Assembly (NCBI RefSeq): GCF_006345805.1
Contig: NC_043003.1
Coordinates: 112,406,001 to 112,470,000 of the forward strand
DNA length: 64,000 bases
From: Octopus sinensis
Taxonomy: Eukaryota
Direction of reading: 5' to 3'
The notes beneath the pieces were generated by a model. That model was not told where the DNA came from. It ran no database searches and saw nothing but the letters and a program-made list of their open reading frames with translations. Both the position numbers and the translations under genes were made by a program. Below, piece after piece: positions 50,939 to 64,000 of the stretch (positions are counted from its first letter, which is position 1; each line of letters starts with the position of its first letter).

Positions 50939-52470
50939 ACTAGCATTATGACCGTCGTTGCCGGGTCATAGTGATAGTGCATGTAAATATGTGTATATAT
51001 ATATGTGTACATATTACATGTACCTCTCTATATATACATCTACACATAAAATACAAAGTTATATCTTGATATCGCTAGTGATAACAATACTCAAAATATA
51101 TAACAGACTGGAATTGTAGGCCCGTATCTTGCAATTTCGATCAATTGTATCATGTCCTCCCTCTTGTATAGAAGTGTTGCTACAATCCAGCCTACCTCTA
51201 CTTCTGGTGGTGGTGGGGGCGGTTAATTTTTATCCGGGACGTCCTACGTCCCAGATATAAAGGTTGACTCGAACCTTGCTTCTATTGTAGCGAATTTACC
51301 GCATCTGGTTAAATATCTTTCATAGTCGCACCAAGACACTTTTCGACGGTGCTTTCCTCCAGGTGTTCAAATCTTTTTTTCTTTACATTTTATACTTTAT
51401 AGACATTAGTCTTTTCTTTAATTTAATTTTTTATTTCGTTTGGTGGTGTTATCCTAGATTCACCGTCTTTGTCGGTGATCAATTTCTCCCATTTTAATTT
51501 TAATGAGTTCGCGCCCTCTGACGGCTGCAGCGAAATTCATTTTTGGACTTTCTTCTATCGAAGGCACTCTAACAAAAATGCTTCCGTGTAACCGGTGAAA
51601 ATATTGTCAATTTCCCCAAACAGAGACACAATTCAATTTTTAAACAATAACCAAAGCTCCTTCTTCCAAAGGAAGTGGGGTTACAGTTTACAATTATTTA
51701 ACAAATGCAACACAACAACGTTTCCCTTACGAGGAACCAACAAACGTGATAACAATAGTTAAACAGTAATAATAACAAACCTTACGGTGAATCAAAATGC
51801 AGTACGCAGCTGAATATATAGTCCTTTATGTATAAGAAATAAACCAACAGTAGTACTCAGTAGGAGCGGCTGTTCGAGAAAACAGACATTACATACAGCC
51901 AAACTTCATATAGATATTTAATGCTAGCTACTTAGCAGATAATCTAATGTAAAAGCCGTGGTAAACGGTATGTGCAACCTCCATTTGGACCATTCCATTT
52001 CTGCACGCTAATTTTATTTTTAATTTATTCCTATTCATGTGAAACCACTTATTGAAGTTCAAGTCATTGATGCAATTTTATACCAATTGCTGTTTTTACT
52101 TTTGTTATGCTACGATTATATTATACTTTAGTTTGATTTTGATTATTACTTACTACATATAATTCAATTATTATTATTATCTCTAACTTTTATTGTTAAA
52201 TTGAAAGTATTTGACATAAAATAGAGAAATGTTTTTGTTTCACTTTTAACACGTAATACTGAAATAGTGGAGAAGATAGGATATTGCTATGGGCTCGCCC
52301 TAGGCAAGAAGTTGAACATTTTGTTTGCCCATGAAACTACGTGGACCCTAAGTAAGGCATGTGTAAAATTTGAAAGTGGTTGTGTAGTTCTCAAGTTTTA
52401 GGGAAACACACAGAGAGACAGACAGTCAGACAGACAGACAGACGGACACTCATTCTCAGTTTATATATAT
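50939..52470 (+). mobile_element. Probable non-autonomous Helitron/Helentron-associated element
   Basis: Starts in (TA)n with ACTAGC and a small hairpin (TGACC..GGTCA); ends with GTGTAAAATTTGAAAG..GTAGTT, a (GACA)n tract and CATTCTCAGTTTATATAT, as in DINE/HINE-like elements. The interior may contain other insertions. Confidence 0.5.
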
Positions 52471-52588
52471 ATAATATATATTTTTTAACAATTAAGGATA
52501 ATCTCTTAATAAGGGATCTTAACAAAGTAATGACTTTGTCCCTCCTAGTGTGAGGCATTTATGTGTATAATGCCCTCTATACATATAT

Positions 52589-52630
<42 letters not shown>

Positions 52631-52652
52631 CCTTTTTTCTTTTTTCTTTTTT

Positions 52653-53046
52653 CTTTTTACTTGTTTCAGTCATTTGACTGCCGCCATGCTGGAGCACCGC
52701 CTTTAGTCGAGCAAATCGACCCCGGGACTTATTCTTTGTAAGCCCAGATTCTATCGTTCGCAGAACCGCTAGGTGACGGGGACGTAAACACACCAGCATC
52801 GGTTGTCAAGCAATGCTAGAGGGACAAACACAGACACACAAACATATACACACACACACATATATATATATATACATATATACGACAGGCTTCTTTCAAT
52901 TTCCGTCTACCAAATCCACTCACAAGGCTTTGGTCGGCCCGAGGCTATAGCAGAAGACACTTGCCCAAGATGCCATGCAGTGGGACTGAACCCGGAACCA
53001 TGTGGTTGGTTAGCAAGCTACTTACCACACAGCCACTCCTGCGCCT
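52653..53046 (-). mobile_element. Full-length tRNA-derived CORE-like SINE with internal (TG)/(TA) tract
   Basis: Minus: A box TGGCTGTGTGG, B box GGTTCAGTCCC, CORE-like CTTGGGCAAGTGTCTT, tail GCATGGCGGCAGTCAAATGACTGAAACAAGTAAAA. Confidence 0.85.
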
Positions 53047-53724
53047 ATATATAAATAAATATATATATATATATAAATACCTGTACGCATATACTATTTT
53101 ATCTATTTATATCCATACACCGACTGTATTTTATTCCATATTTACTTAATTCAACAATGTATTTTAAATTTGATGAAGTTATTTAGCACTATTATACATT
53201 TAACATAAGTTACACCACAGTTCTAATTCACTTCTTTGTCTTCTTGCGCACAATTATGGATCTTATGTGACTCGACAAAATTTAGGATATTATATTTAAT
53301 ATATTTTTGTGTTGTATGCCTTTTTTCGTATGCAGTTTACGACCATTGATTCTATATTTTTTGTCTTTACCACCTAATTTGTTGCCGCTGCTATTCAAGG
53401 CTATCATAACATTTCGTTTAGTTTGGGCAAACTCGGATGTCCTGGACGAGTTATACTTACTAAGTTCTGACAGAACTTCCATATTTCTCCCTGATATTAA
53501 ACATTTTTGATGATTCAATTAGTAAATGAAGCAAATTCCTTTCGAAAAATGTATTTCATGAGATTGTACTCTTTATTTACTTTCTAGAGTATTCTAAGTA
53601 TGATTTACTCAGATATTGGTTTCGTATACGCTTATGTCATAACTGATATTTATTACCTTCTTTTAATGATTTCACCTGAAAAATTTCTTTGTTTAAGCAA
53701 TTGAGTTTATAGGATTCATACACA

Positions 53725-53915
53725 CCTCAACGGGATGTCAGTCCGATCACAGGGTTAACATCTCAACTTCCATTGATCCTTATCTTTAGCTGAGTGAACT
53801 AACACAAGGTGAAATAAAGTCTCATTTTGAAGAATACAACGCAATGCCCAGACCGAGAATTGAACTCATAGCATAGCCATCGTAATTCCAACACCTTAAA
53901 AACTAGTCCATGCTT
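53725..53915 (-). mobile_element. Degraded tRNA-derived SINE
   Basis: AGCTGAGTGAACT..GTGAAATAAAG..GAAGAATACAACGCAATGCCCAGACCGAGAATTGAACTC is the reverse of the head and central domain. Confidence 0.55.
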
Positions 53916-54179
53916 CCATCCTTTCTCTCTCTGTCTCTCTCTCTTTCTTTCTCTTTCGCGCACTCTCTCTTTCTCTCTTCCATATACATGTTCATTGCTA
54001 TTGTTCGCAAACATGTAAACAAAACTTTAAACGCATACATGCTAATAGTATGAAGACACATTAGTACCCATACTTACACTATACTCAAACTTAGCGTGGG
54101 TGACATAAATACACCCGATGAGAGAATAATTTTACGCATACGTCATTATTGAATATTAAATTGCTATTAAATCAAACTT

Positions 54180-55250
54180 AGCTTTTATCACTTTCTCAGT
54201 CTGAATGTTAAAATCCTACATCGTATATATCTTACTTCCTTGTATTTCACTAGGTTCGTGTTCATACCATTTATCCGTATGCTCAAATCCTAGCTTGCTA
54301 TATAACTACCAGTGGACTATACTCCATAGGTTGTCATGTATGTTCTTGTACTCTATCTGTTCCAGCATGCTACATTCACTTACTATACGAGTAACACTTT
54401 CTTGTATTGATTTACATAATCTACATTGGAAATCTACTAGGTTTTTGTCTATCTTGGTGTTTATCCAATTAGTCCCCAATGCTTAATCTTGTGCTGCTAC
54501 AAAGTAACACTGTCTCACCTTTTCAGCTTCCTTTTCTGCAGTCATAAACATGTCTCACTAGTAATATTTCCTGTAAATATCTTTGGAAATTTACCAGTCA
54601 GATAATCTTTCTTTTTTTTTTTGCCGTTTTTCAACTTCATCTGGCCTTTTGGTTTCTCTATGTCCTACTGTGATTCTCACAAGTCTAAATAAACTTTCTT
54701 CACTATTGCTTACATAAGAGGCTATATCTACTCTAGCTGACTCCACGCAGTCTGCTACTGATATTAGCCCTCTGCCACCTTCCTTTCTGAGTAAATATAA
54801 TCTTTCTAGTCCTGCTCTTGGATAAAGTCCTTCATTTATATTGAATTTCTTCCTTGTTCTGTCTAGATGTGCTAATTCAGATTTTATCCTATCTAGAAAA
54901 TCTGGCAAATATCTAAGTAACGATACTGCCCAAGTATTTACAGCCTTCACTAGATTCGGACCATTTTGTATTGACTTCACTTGCTTCCTCACCTTTTTCA
55001 ACCTTCGCCTTTTCAATTTTCCTTTTTATAGTTAGTACTCTATCATATTCTAATACTCCCAGATACTTATAACCCTCCTGCTTTCAATGGTTTTTATGTC
55101 TGGCCATCAGGTAATTGGATGCTTTCACTTTTGACTACTTGTCCCGTTTATTCCACTCTTATCTATGCCAAATCTCGGCTGAATTGTCTTACAGTTTGTA
55201 TTAGGGAATATCTCTATTATTATAAATAATAAGCCTCAGATCATTCATAT
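54180..55250 (-). mobile_element. R4/Dong-like RLE LINE fragment (RT C-terminus to zinc knuckle)
   Basis: YKYLGVLE; ORF 54591..55016 (NLVKAVNTWAVSLLRY..RLYLLRKEGGRGLISVADCVE); CRLCKSIQESVT..VSECS; WYEHEP; DFNIQTEKVI. Confidence 0.88.
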
Positions 55251-55289
55251 TGATATCTAAACTGATATCCTGCCTTTGCTTTTCTTGAT

Positions 55290-55325
55290 ACTAAATATTA
55301 CTATCATTGTTATTGTTATTATTCC

Positions 55326-55363
<38 letters not shown>

Positions 55364-55465
55364 TATTATTATTATTATATTTACTATTATTAATAGTATT
55401 ATTATTATTGTTACTACTACTACTACTACTACTACTAGAACTACTACTACTATTACTACTACTAT
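55290..55465. repeat. (TAT)n/(TAC)n microsatellite
   Basis: Direct reading. Confidence 0.9.
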
Positions 55466-55466
55466 A

Positions 55467-55670
55467 AAGGCGGTGAGCTGGCAGAATCGTTAGCAAATGC
55501 TTAGCAGTGCTTCGTCTGCTGCTACGTTCTGAGTTCAAATTCCGCCGTGGTTAACTTTGCCTTTCAACCTTTCGGGGGTCGATTAAATAAGTACCAGTTG
55601 CCTATTAGGGTCGATGTAATCGATTTAATCCCTTCCCCCAAGCTGATATTGTGACAATAATTTTAAATCC
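55467..55670 (+). mobile_element. tRNA-derived SINE (tail-B-like) embedded in (TAT)n
   Basis: AAGGCGGTGAGCTGGCAGAATCGTTAGCA head, shared body, followed by TTATTATCATTATTATT. Confidence 0.85.
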
Positions 55671-55819
55671 TTATTATCATTATTATTATTATTATAGTTG
55701 TTATTTACAATTCTGTCCGGACCTAATGTTCCTTCAATCTTTATACTGTTGAAAAATAGATTAAATTTAACTTCACTGATGCGCTTTATTTTTGGCCTTG
55801 TGCCATGTTAAATTGTAAT

Positions 55820-56155
55820 TATCATAACTTCTATAATTCTGCCGAGATCGACTTGGCTTTCATCCTTTCGTGGAGTTCATGTCGATACAATCGACTGTTC
55901 TCCTCTCCGAACATTTCAGTCCTTGTGTCTATAATAGAAAGGATTATTATAATAATTATTGAAAGCATTGAACTAACATAATCTTTACCATGCCGGACAA
56001 AATGCTTAAAAGCATGTCTTCAGACTTTTTCGTTCTGAATTTAATTGTCACCAGGTTTGACATAACCTTTTCATCATTTCGGGATTGATAAAATAGGTAC
56101 CAGTTCAGCACTGGAGTCGATGTAATCGACTTCCCCACCTTTCCAAAAAACAACC
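55820..56155 (+). mobile_element. Two further degraded copies of the same SINE (first with tail type C ending GAAAGGATTATTAT)
   Basis: GCCGAGATCGACTTGGCTTTCATCCTTTCG.. at ~55820-55950 and ..GGTACCAGTTCAGCACTGGAGTCGATGTAATCGAC at ~55990-56150. Confidence 0.65.
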
Positions 56156-56349
56156 TGTTGTTGTTGTGGCTGTCGATGATGAAGTTTTTATTATAACTAT
56201 CATTGTTAACGTTGTTATTTTTATTTTGTATACAATGTATAGCTTTTAGCATTTCCGTTTCCCTTAATTTTTCCTTTACCATTTTCATCTCGCTCCTCAC
56301 AGGAATTGTGAATGTTTGCAATGTATCCCTGTGGCAAATGAAAGTATCA

Positions 56350-56367
56350 TTATTATTGTTATCTTTA

Positions 56368-56427
<60 letters not shown>

Positions 56428-56450
56428 TATTGTTGTTGTTGTTGTTGCTG
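56350..56450. repeat. (TAT)n/(TGT)n microsatellite
   Basis: Direct reading. Confidence 0.9.
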
Positions 56451-57089
56451 TTGTCTTCCTCATCCGTATTTGTGCGATTTATATCATATATATATACACG
56501 CACATATGTATAAATATGTGTTTGGTTGGTTGTATGTACATATATATATATGATTACTTTCAAATACTTGATACCTTTAGTAATATAGTTGAAGTTGCGC
56601 TTCTATTTTCTCCTCCTTTAATCCTAGTTTGTGCAAATACTTCAGAGAATAACTGCAAGTGAGCGCATAAATTTTATTATTTATCTTACGGCTAAGAATA
56701 CACTACAAAGTACCGCCTGCTAGAAATATATTTGCTTAAGACTGTTTTGATATAATTTCACTGTCATACAAACATTCATAGGTACTTTCTTCCAAACGCA
56801 CGTTTTGATATACATACATACATACATACATACACATACATACATACATACATACATACATACATACTATGTAGTGTGGAAAAACGCGGATTATCAGCCA
56901 CAAAAAAACACCAGTTAACTTGTATACTGTAAATTTGATGCTCGTAGAAGAGTGAATATATACAAGATTTTTCTCAAATTCCTGGTGTAACGTTATGATT
57001 TTCTTAAGACTCCAGCCTCCTGGTGTTCAATAGACAGCAGCCTCCTCATCATTGGAAATTAAACACACTTTACTACATATTTCATGTAC

Positions 57090-57430
57090 ACTCACTGGTT
57101 CAGTCCCTTTGGATGGTATCTTGAGTGTCTCCTATTTGGGCCAAGGAAAGCCTTTTGAATGGATTTCGTAGAGAGAAACAGAAAGAAACCAGTCATTTAT
57201 ATATGTGTGTGTCTCATTGTCTTTGATTTGTTACCCCCCCCCCACCGCCTCCATCCCAAGATAACTGGTTTTGTTTATGTCCCTATAAATTAGCGGTTAG
57301 GCAAAAAGTGACTGCCAGCATACGTCCAACACTTAACAAAAAATGGTCCGAGTTGCATTTAATTCACTAGACACTACAAGGTGCTGCTCCAGCATGGCTG
57401 CAGTCTAATAAGTGAAGCAAATAACATATA
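57090..57430 (+). mobile_element. Degraded CORE-like SINE
   Basis: GGATTTCGTAGAGAGAAACAGAAAGAAACC and tail GGTGCTGCTCCAGCATGGCTGCAGTCTAAT resemble the 52653 family. Confidence 0.55.
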
Positions 57431-57568
57431 AAAGTGATAGAATAAACTGTTATGTGTGTATATATATATATGTATAAATATATATTATATATATATATAT
57501 ATATATACATATATATATACATATACATATATATAGATATATACATACATATATGTATATACATTGTG

Positions 57569-57649
<81 letters not shown>

Positions 57650-57654
57650 ATATA

Positions 57655-57687
<33 letters not shown>

Positions 57688-57689
57688 AG

Positions 57690-57890
57690 TGAGAATTTAT
57701 AGAAAAAACAAAAGACGAAGACGGATGTGTAAACGACAGACAGATGTATTAGTTTAACGATCGGAAATTAAGAAAGTCTTTTACGTTTCGAGCCTACGCT
57801 CTTCGACAGAAAGGAACACAGAAATAAACGGAGATAAAATCTAAAAAAGTTTATTGGCTAGCCATCTATCGTGGCGAATGCCATGCTTAT
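57690..57890 (-). mobile_element. Penelope pseudo-LTR family A, copy 3
   Basis: Aligns with 8185-8375; starts at (TATG)n and ends at (TA)n. Confidence 0.65.
57778..57813 (-). ncRNA. Minimal hammerhead-like motif (variant core CUGUCGA)
   Basis: CUUU-CUGUCGA-A-GAGC-GUAG-GCUC-GAAAC-GUA-AAAG. Confidence 0.5.
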
Positions 57891-58269
57891 ATATATATAA
57901 TATCAAAAAAATAAGTAATAAGTTTAAAATGTGGCTTATCAAATCAATTGACAAACTCCCCTAACTGGATATGTAAGATAGAAAGATACATAAATACATA
58001 CATACATGCATACATAATGACAAAAATACGTACATAATTATGAATGAGTATGTATGTATCTATGTGTGTGCACGTTGGTACGTATTTATGTTAGAACCTA
58101 TGAACGTATAGAACCTATGCATGTATGTATTTAGTGTGTATGTATTTTCATTCTTTGAGTTATTCCTGCAAGGAAGGAGCTGGTTTCTGACAAAGATAAA
58201 AAGCTCCAATAATGGAATGTAATTAACAAAAACAATATCTCATGTTAAACTTCAGAAAACACTTGCATG

Positions 58270-58314
58270 TATTTGTATGTATGTATATATGCATTATGTA
58301 TGTATGCATGTACA

Positions 58315-58398
<84 letters not shown>

Positions 58399-58406
58399 TG
58401 TATGTA

Positions 58407-58437
<31 letters not shown>

Positions 58438-58485
58438 CGTGTGCGTGTATATGTATATATGTATGTATGTAAGTATGTATGTATG

Positions 58486-58518
<33 letters not shown>

Positions 58519-58520
58519 GT
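58270..58520. repeat. (TA)n/(TATG)n microsatellite
   Basis: Direct reading. Confidence 0.95.
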
Positions 58521-59194
58521 ATGCACCCGCGCAATTTCTCTGCAGCATTTGTTGTACAAGAAGAAACAATATTTAAAGTATTTTTCAAACAAAGAAATAA
58601 ACACGGTTCTGTTGAATACAAAAAGGAATAAACAATGTAGGTCTCTTTAGATAATGTTTACATGTCTACTCTCAGACTCTCTTGTTCCAAACAACTACAT
58701 TACATTGTAGCAGGTGCCTGATAACAGAAGACGGTGAAATACTTCAAAGAGGATCAATATTTCATTTGGAAAGTGAAAAGAGGATATATACATAATAATA
58801 TATTCTTTTACTTGCATCCGTTACTTGACTACGGCCATGCATGGGCACCTGCATGAAGGCACTTTGTTGAGAAAAACGACCCTGATACTTATTTAATCAG
58901 TCTCACTTTTTTAGACAAGATATTTTTGAGGCGTACTCAACCCTACGCCGGTTATCAGTGGTAAAAGACAAACAACATATATGCTTTATTAGTTACCCCA
59001 TGTATAAAGAATATTTATCCATGAATGCGGAGGTAAGCACGCATTCTTATTGTTCGATATTGATGCATATACATACATGTGTGTATGTGTATGTGTATTT
59101 GGATAATAAATGGTATGGTATACACTTGGTATCTTATCGGTAAAGCACGTTCATTTTCACAGTCTTCGCTGGGTATTTGAAGAATAAGAGAGGC

Positions 59195-59580
59195 GGAGGC
59201 GCAATGGCCCAGTGGTTAGGGCAGCGGACTCGCGGTCATAGGATCGCGGTTTCGATTCCCAGACCGGGCGTTGTGAGTGTTTATTGAGCGAAAACACCTA
59301 AAGCTCCACGAGGCACCGGCAGGGCATGGTGGTGATCCCTGCTGTACTCTTTCACCACAACTTTCTCTCATTCTTACATCCTGTTTCTGTTATACCTGTA
59401 TTTTAAGGGGCCGGCCTTGTCACTCTCTGTGTCACGCTGAATATCCCCGAGAACTACGTTAAGGGTATACGTGTCTGTGGAGTGCTCAGCCACTTACACG
59501 TTAATTTCACGAGCAGGCTGTTCCGTTGGTCGGATCAACCGGAACCCTCATCGTCGTAACCGACGGAGTGCTTCCATCCA
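59195..59580 (+). mobile_element. Full-length tRNA-derived SINE (distinct family; tail ..CGTCGTAACCGACGGAGTGC)
   Basis: A box TGGCCCAGTGG, B box GGTTTCGATTCCC, GC-rich and well preserved. Confidence 0.8.
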
Positions 59581-59789
59581 TAAACACCTTCGTCTAGATT
59601 GCAATGTCGCACGTACACTTGCTCTACGAATTTGGTTCTAGCGCAACTGGTACCAGGAAAACTCGGACAACTCATATCAGACACCTCATACTGAACAATT
59701 GATATCTATGACAACTGATATATAGGACTACTCATATCAGGCATAAAATTATAAAGAATCTAATTTTGAAAGAAACTGTGCGTCGTCTG

Positions 59790-59812
59790 TGTGGTGGTGC
59801 GTGTGGTGTGTA

Positions 59813-59896
<84 letters not shown>

Positions 59897-59939
59897 TTGA
59901 ATATTTGTCTGTGCATATTGTTTGTGTGTGTATATGACT

Positions 59940-59975
<36 letters not shown>
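59790..59975. repeat. (TG)n then (TA)n microsatellite
   Basis: Direct reading. Confidence 0.95.
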
Positions 59976-59979
<4 letters not shown>

Positions 59980-60289
59980 ATAAGAGTAGACCGTATACGA
60001 GTGGGTATATATTTGTAAAAAAGAAGTTTGAAAACGCCACTATATTAGATAAATTTTAATTTTCTTATGAATTTTACATGTTTCGGTTCTTGAAAAACGA
60101 ACCTTATCAAAAATATTATGAAAAGTGCAATAGAAAAGTTCATAGTTGTTTCTTACTGGTCTCAATAGAATCCATGTGGTGGTATTTTGTCGGTAGTTGG
60201 TATAATCGCTATATTATAGTTGCGTGTAGTACAGAAGTTCATTATTGTTTCTTACTGATATCAAAAGGAACCGTCCTTGTGTTCCAATG

Positions 60290-60600
60290 GAATGGTAGCA
60301 GCAGTAGTGATTGTTGGTCGTAGTAGTAGTAACCATGGTGGTAGTTGGGGTTGCAGCAGCTTATTGGTTGGGGCGGCTAAGTTGTGGCTGTCCTAGCAGC
60401 AGCGGTATGTCTAGTGGCTTAAATGGCGGTAGTAGCAGTTACTGTTGGTTGTAGCTTTGGCAACTGTGGTGGTGGTTGGGGTTGTGGCAGTTAAGCTGTG
60501 GCCGTAGCAGCCGCAGTCGTAGAGGACTGTTGATCGTAGCAGCAATAGTAGTGACCACGGTGGTTGTAGTAGTAGTGCTAGTGGGAGCAGTCGTAGTGAT
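60290..60600. repeat. Degenerate (GTA/GCA/GGT) trinucleotide low-complexity tract
   Basis: Direct reading. Confidence 0.7.
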
Positions 60601-60649
60601 TTTGGTAGAATTTCATTTTTCCTTTTCGGAAGACCAATGTTTTGTTTTA

Positions 60650-61140
60650 ATATTCCTGGCTCAGGGTGTTCAAACTTGGTCTAAATATTTTGATGAAATA
60701 AAGTTCTTTATTTTGGCGTTGGGTGAAGGTTACGCTGTCACTGAATTTGTAAAGTGGGTAAGTTGTAAATTTCGGATTATACTTGAAGCACGTCTATCTA
60801 TGTGTCCGCTGACTGGTATTTTCCGGTAATCAGGGTTTCTAATTTGGGATTTATGCACCGCCATCCTTTTACGTAAGCTATTTTTTGTATGGCCTATTGC
60901 AACCTGCGTATGTTAAGACGTAAATTAAGTTCTCTGATGCCAGGTGAAGTTTGTTCTAATGGTGAACTGATGTCCTTGTTCTAGTATAAATTCGGAACCT
61001 TCTACCAAGATAACACAGATTCCGTAGTTGGGCTTTCCACATTTTCTAACTGCTGGTTTTGTGGTTGATGTTGAGTGCAGTTTAGCTTGGGTTAAAATCC
61101 TTTTCAAGGATTTTGGTTGCCGTTTACTTTTAATGATGAT
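60650..61140 (-). mobile_element. Penelope (Poseidon-like) GIY-YIG fragment
   Basis: IIKSKRQPKSLKRILTQAK..KCGKP, NLIYVLT, LRKRMAVHKSQI, KELYFIKIFRPSLN. Confidence 0.85.
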
Positions 61141-61154
61141 GGTGTATATATACA

Positions 61155-61367
<213 letters not shown>

Positions 61368-61866
61368 TGATAAATATGGCCAGTTTGTGCTAAATGTTTT
61401 GGGTGATTCATTTATAGCCAATCGTCTGTCATCCACCATGTGGCGTACAATATCGATGTCTCGTCGGTGGAGGCAGCTCTAAATCGTCCAGTCAATAAGC
61501 CGTTTCCAGAACTTATTCTTCCCTTCCTAAATTTAGCTGCCCGCCTTTGCTCTGTTGATAAAGCTGATCATCGTGCCCTAATGGTACGACCATGTCTGTA
61601 TAAATGCCCTTTGAGACTAAACTCTTTTCTGCAAGTACTTGATTACACCACGGTGCCATATTTCGTCTTTGTTCAAGAGAAGTCACTCCAGGTATTTTTG
61701 AAGTTTTCTTTGAACAGTCAAATTGCAGTTTACCTGGAAAGAAGCAATGCAGTTATTAATAAGAAAGTTGAAATTAATGCTTGCAAAAATTTCTCAGCTT
61801 TAGCATCTCTCTAGGGTCAGCCTATCTAGTTTTCAGTCCACCCTTGTACATGTAAATATATCATTG

Positions 61867-61901
<35 letters not shown>

Positions 61902-61989
61902 GTCATCATCACCATCTTATTCGTTCGGGTTGAACACACGGGTTTACCCTCAGATTTATTTGGCCTTGATCCAAAGTTCTAAACCATTA

Positions 61990-62520
61990 TTATTATTGAC
62001 AGAGCAACATAAACTAACAAAGTGATGCTGGGATAGAAATGTACGAATCCCAATATATCTACTTGACTACCCATGCCATAAGGGTAAACCGTGCACATGC
62101 ACCACAACAATAAGTGCGCAACATGGTAACTTCATGACAAAATAAACAGCATATGACCTTATAGGTGAGGTGCAGTTAGAATTGTCTTCTTATCGAGGAG
62201 TCCCACTCCGCTCAAAGAACCCTGAATAATGGCTGTTCAGGGATGATGAAATATCCATGTTTCCGGAGGTGGATTATTGAAACCCCAAAGAATTTCTCTC
62301 AACACATGGCTACGATGCTCCCTCTCTACTCCTGCTCGTGATCAGAGATGCATATATCGTAAGTCACCAAGGGACATGCTCAGCTGGTTGAAGCCAACCA
62401 ACTGACAAGCAAATATGTGGTATTGTGCAGAATATTTGATGTAGCTCATCTTTCACACCAAGACAAAACATATACATGATAACACTTCCAATTAGTTCAG
62501 ATCAGAAATCCTGATAGCCG
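61990..62520 (-). mobile_element. (TAA)n-tailed interspersed repeat, copy 2
   Basis: Aligns with 37925-38425 and 62565-63010. Confidence 0.75.
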
Positions 62521-62564
62521 CTGCTTGTTATTCCACCAGATCAATTAGTATTACTGTATTTATT

Positions 62565-63010
62565 ATTATTGAGTGAGAGCGCAGTGCTTGCCATCAAAGT
62601 GACACTAGGGTAAAATATACGAAGCCCAATATACCCATCATGACTACCTGTCTGATAAGAGTACACCAGGCACATGCATCACAACCATATGTGCGCAACA
62701 TTTTGATCTCATATCAAGATAAACAGCGCATGACCTTGCAGGTAGGATCCAGTTAGAATTTGCTTTAGGCCGAGTAGCCCATCCCGCTCAAAAGTTCCTT
62801 GAATAAGAGTTGTTTATGAATGTTAAACGAAACACCCATGCCTCCAGAGATGAATTATTCAAACTCCAAAGAATTTTTCTCAACACATGGCTATGATTCT
62901 CCCCGACTACTTCTGCTCCTGATCAGACATGCACATATCTTCAACCAAGAGACATGCTCAACTGCTTATGGACAAACACTGACAAAAGCTCTGTGGTATT
63001 GAGCAGAATG
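62565..63010 (-). mobile_element. (TAA)n-tailed interspersed repeat, copy 3
   Basis: GAGTGAGAGCGCAGTGCTTGCCATCAAAGTGACACT..GGTATTGAGCAGAAT; directly follows copy 2. Confidence 0.8.
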
Positions 63011-63849
63011 TTTACAAATTATGAAATATTAATGGCACAAAACAGTAAGTACATAAATTGAGTAATTAGGCATACATTCAAATGTCTGCACAATCATATA
63101 TACATTTTGATACCCATAATACTAAGTGAAATTTACAGGACACACATACAAGCAAATGAAAACACGTCACAAACGAAGCCAAACCAATAAAAAACAAATA
63201 AAAACTTGTTTTATTATTTGAACTAACACAGACAGAGTGAACAATTCATAAATTTAAAAGCACCACATAAAACTATGCCCGGAGATAAATCTACCAACAA
63301 AAACATTACAGACCAATACAGAACTGTTAGCCTTAAGAAGCTACGTAACTAGCAATGTTTACATGCAGAGAACTTGGAGGCGGTGTAGTCTCAAAACATT
63401 ATCCCTAACACAGACAGATCCGTCCCCTAATGTCAATGCTAATGGATTGTTTTGTTTAGGTTGTATTACTGAATTGATAGTGTCTTGCATAGGGTGTAAG
63501 TTGTTCCTAGCAGGGCTATTTTGGTGATAGTATATAGCATTGAGAGTCTAGATATAGATTCTACGTTTTTTTACGTACATTTTTTATCATACCTAATGCT
63601 ACAATTACACTGTTTAACAAACATTTTATTTATTTTTCTCTTCACTCAGTAAATGCTATTTCCTACTTGCTTCTATCTAGAAATCAAAGGAAACGACTAC
63701 TATCCCCTTCAAACTTTGCTTTCGTGACCTGGACATCAATGTTTTGAAATTGACTTTTTCTCCATCACATTTCAGACAGATTCAACGCTGAGTTACTAAA
63801 GCAGAAATATTGTTCTAATTAATATTCTTATCAATATCACAGATTCTCA

Positions 63850-63935
63850 GTTCCTTGGCCTTAACTACTTGCGCATGTCCCTTAGTAGTGGTGGAGCATC
63901 ATAGCCATGAGTTGAAGGGGATTCTTTGGGGTGTT
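63850..63935 (+). mobile_element. Short inverted fragment of the (TAA)n-tailed repeat
   Basis: GCATGTCCCTTAGT..GGAGCATCATAGCCATG..GGGGATTCTTTGGGG is the reverse complement of the 62290-62380 region. Confidence 0.6.
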
Positions 63936-64000
63936 AATAAACGTAACAAAAGCAATGTTTGAAGAAAATAGCAAAGGATAAACAAATAGGAAATAACAGT

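Noticed and set aside
58714-58790. Possible + strand exon CLITEDGEILQRGSIFHLE after a TAGCAG acceptor
   Set aside because: Weak polypyrimidine tract and donor, no partner exons, peptide not recognised.
60290-60600. Thr/Ala/Val-rich frames suggesting a mucin-like exon
   Set aside because: Degenerate trinucleotide tract with stops and no splice signals.

Overview
This is AT-rich eukaryotic DNA saturated with microsatellites and transposon relics. The SINE, Penelope, Tx1, RTE and pogo landscape with (TA)n, (TACA)n and (GATA)n arrays looks like an octopus (coleoid cephalopod) intron or intergenic region; the taxon is inferred from repeat content only. No host protein-coding gene can be called confidently. 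Most ORF-track entries are translated microsatellites, and the only exon candidate is a weak 62-nt one on the minus strand at 29018-29079. Recognisable elements are: a young 5'-truncated Tx1/L1-clade LINE (15376-17780) plus three short copies, all embedded in (GATA)n; older Tx1 relics; two RTE-clade LINEs; four R4/NeSL-type (restriction-like endonuclease) LINE fragments; several Penelope-like relics and pseudo-LTRs; pogo/Tigger relics; a mariner MITE; a solo LTR; a probable Helentron-type non-autonomous element; and many tRNA-derived SINEs. Four observations stand out. (1) A Tx1 family appears to target (GATA)n. (2) One SINE subfamily shares that LINE's 3'-terminal ~50 nt and has GTATC-starting target-site duplications, suggesting a Tx1-SINE partnership. 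(3) A ~350-bp palindrome carries an intact minimal hammerhead-ribozyme motif on each strand, and a second pseudo-LTR family has a recurrent A6U core variant. (4) A head-to-head SINE pair forms a ~300-bp hairpin. All alignments and translations were done by eye, and boundaries of decayed elements are approximate.
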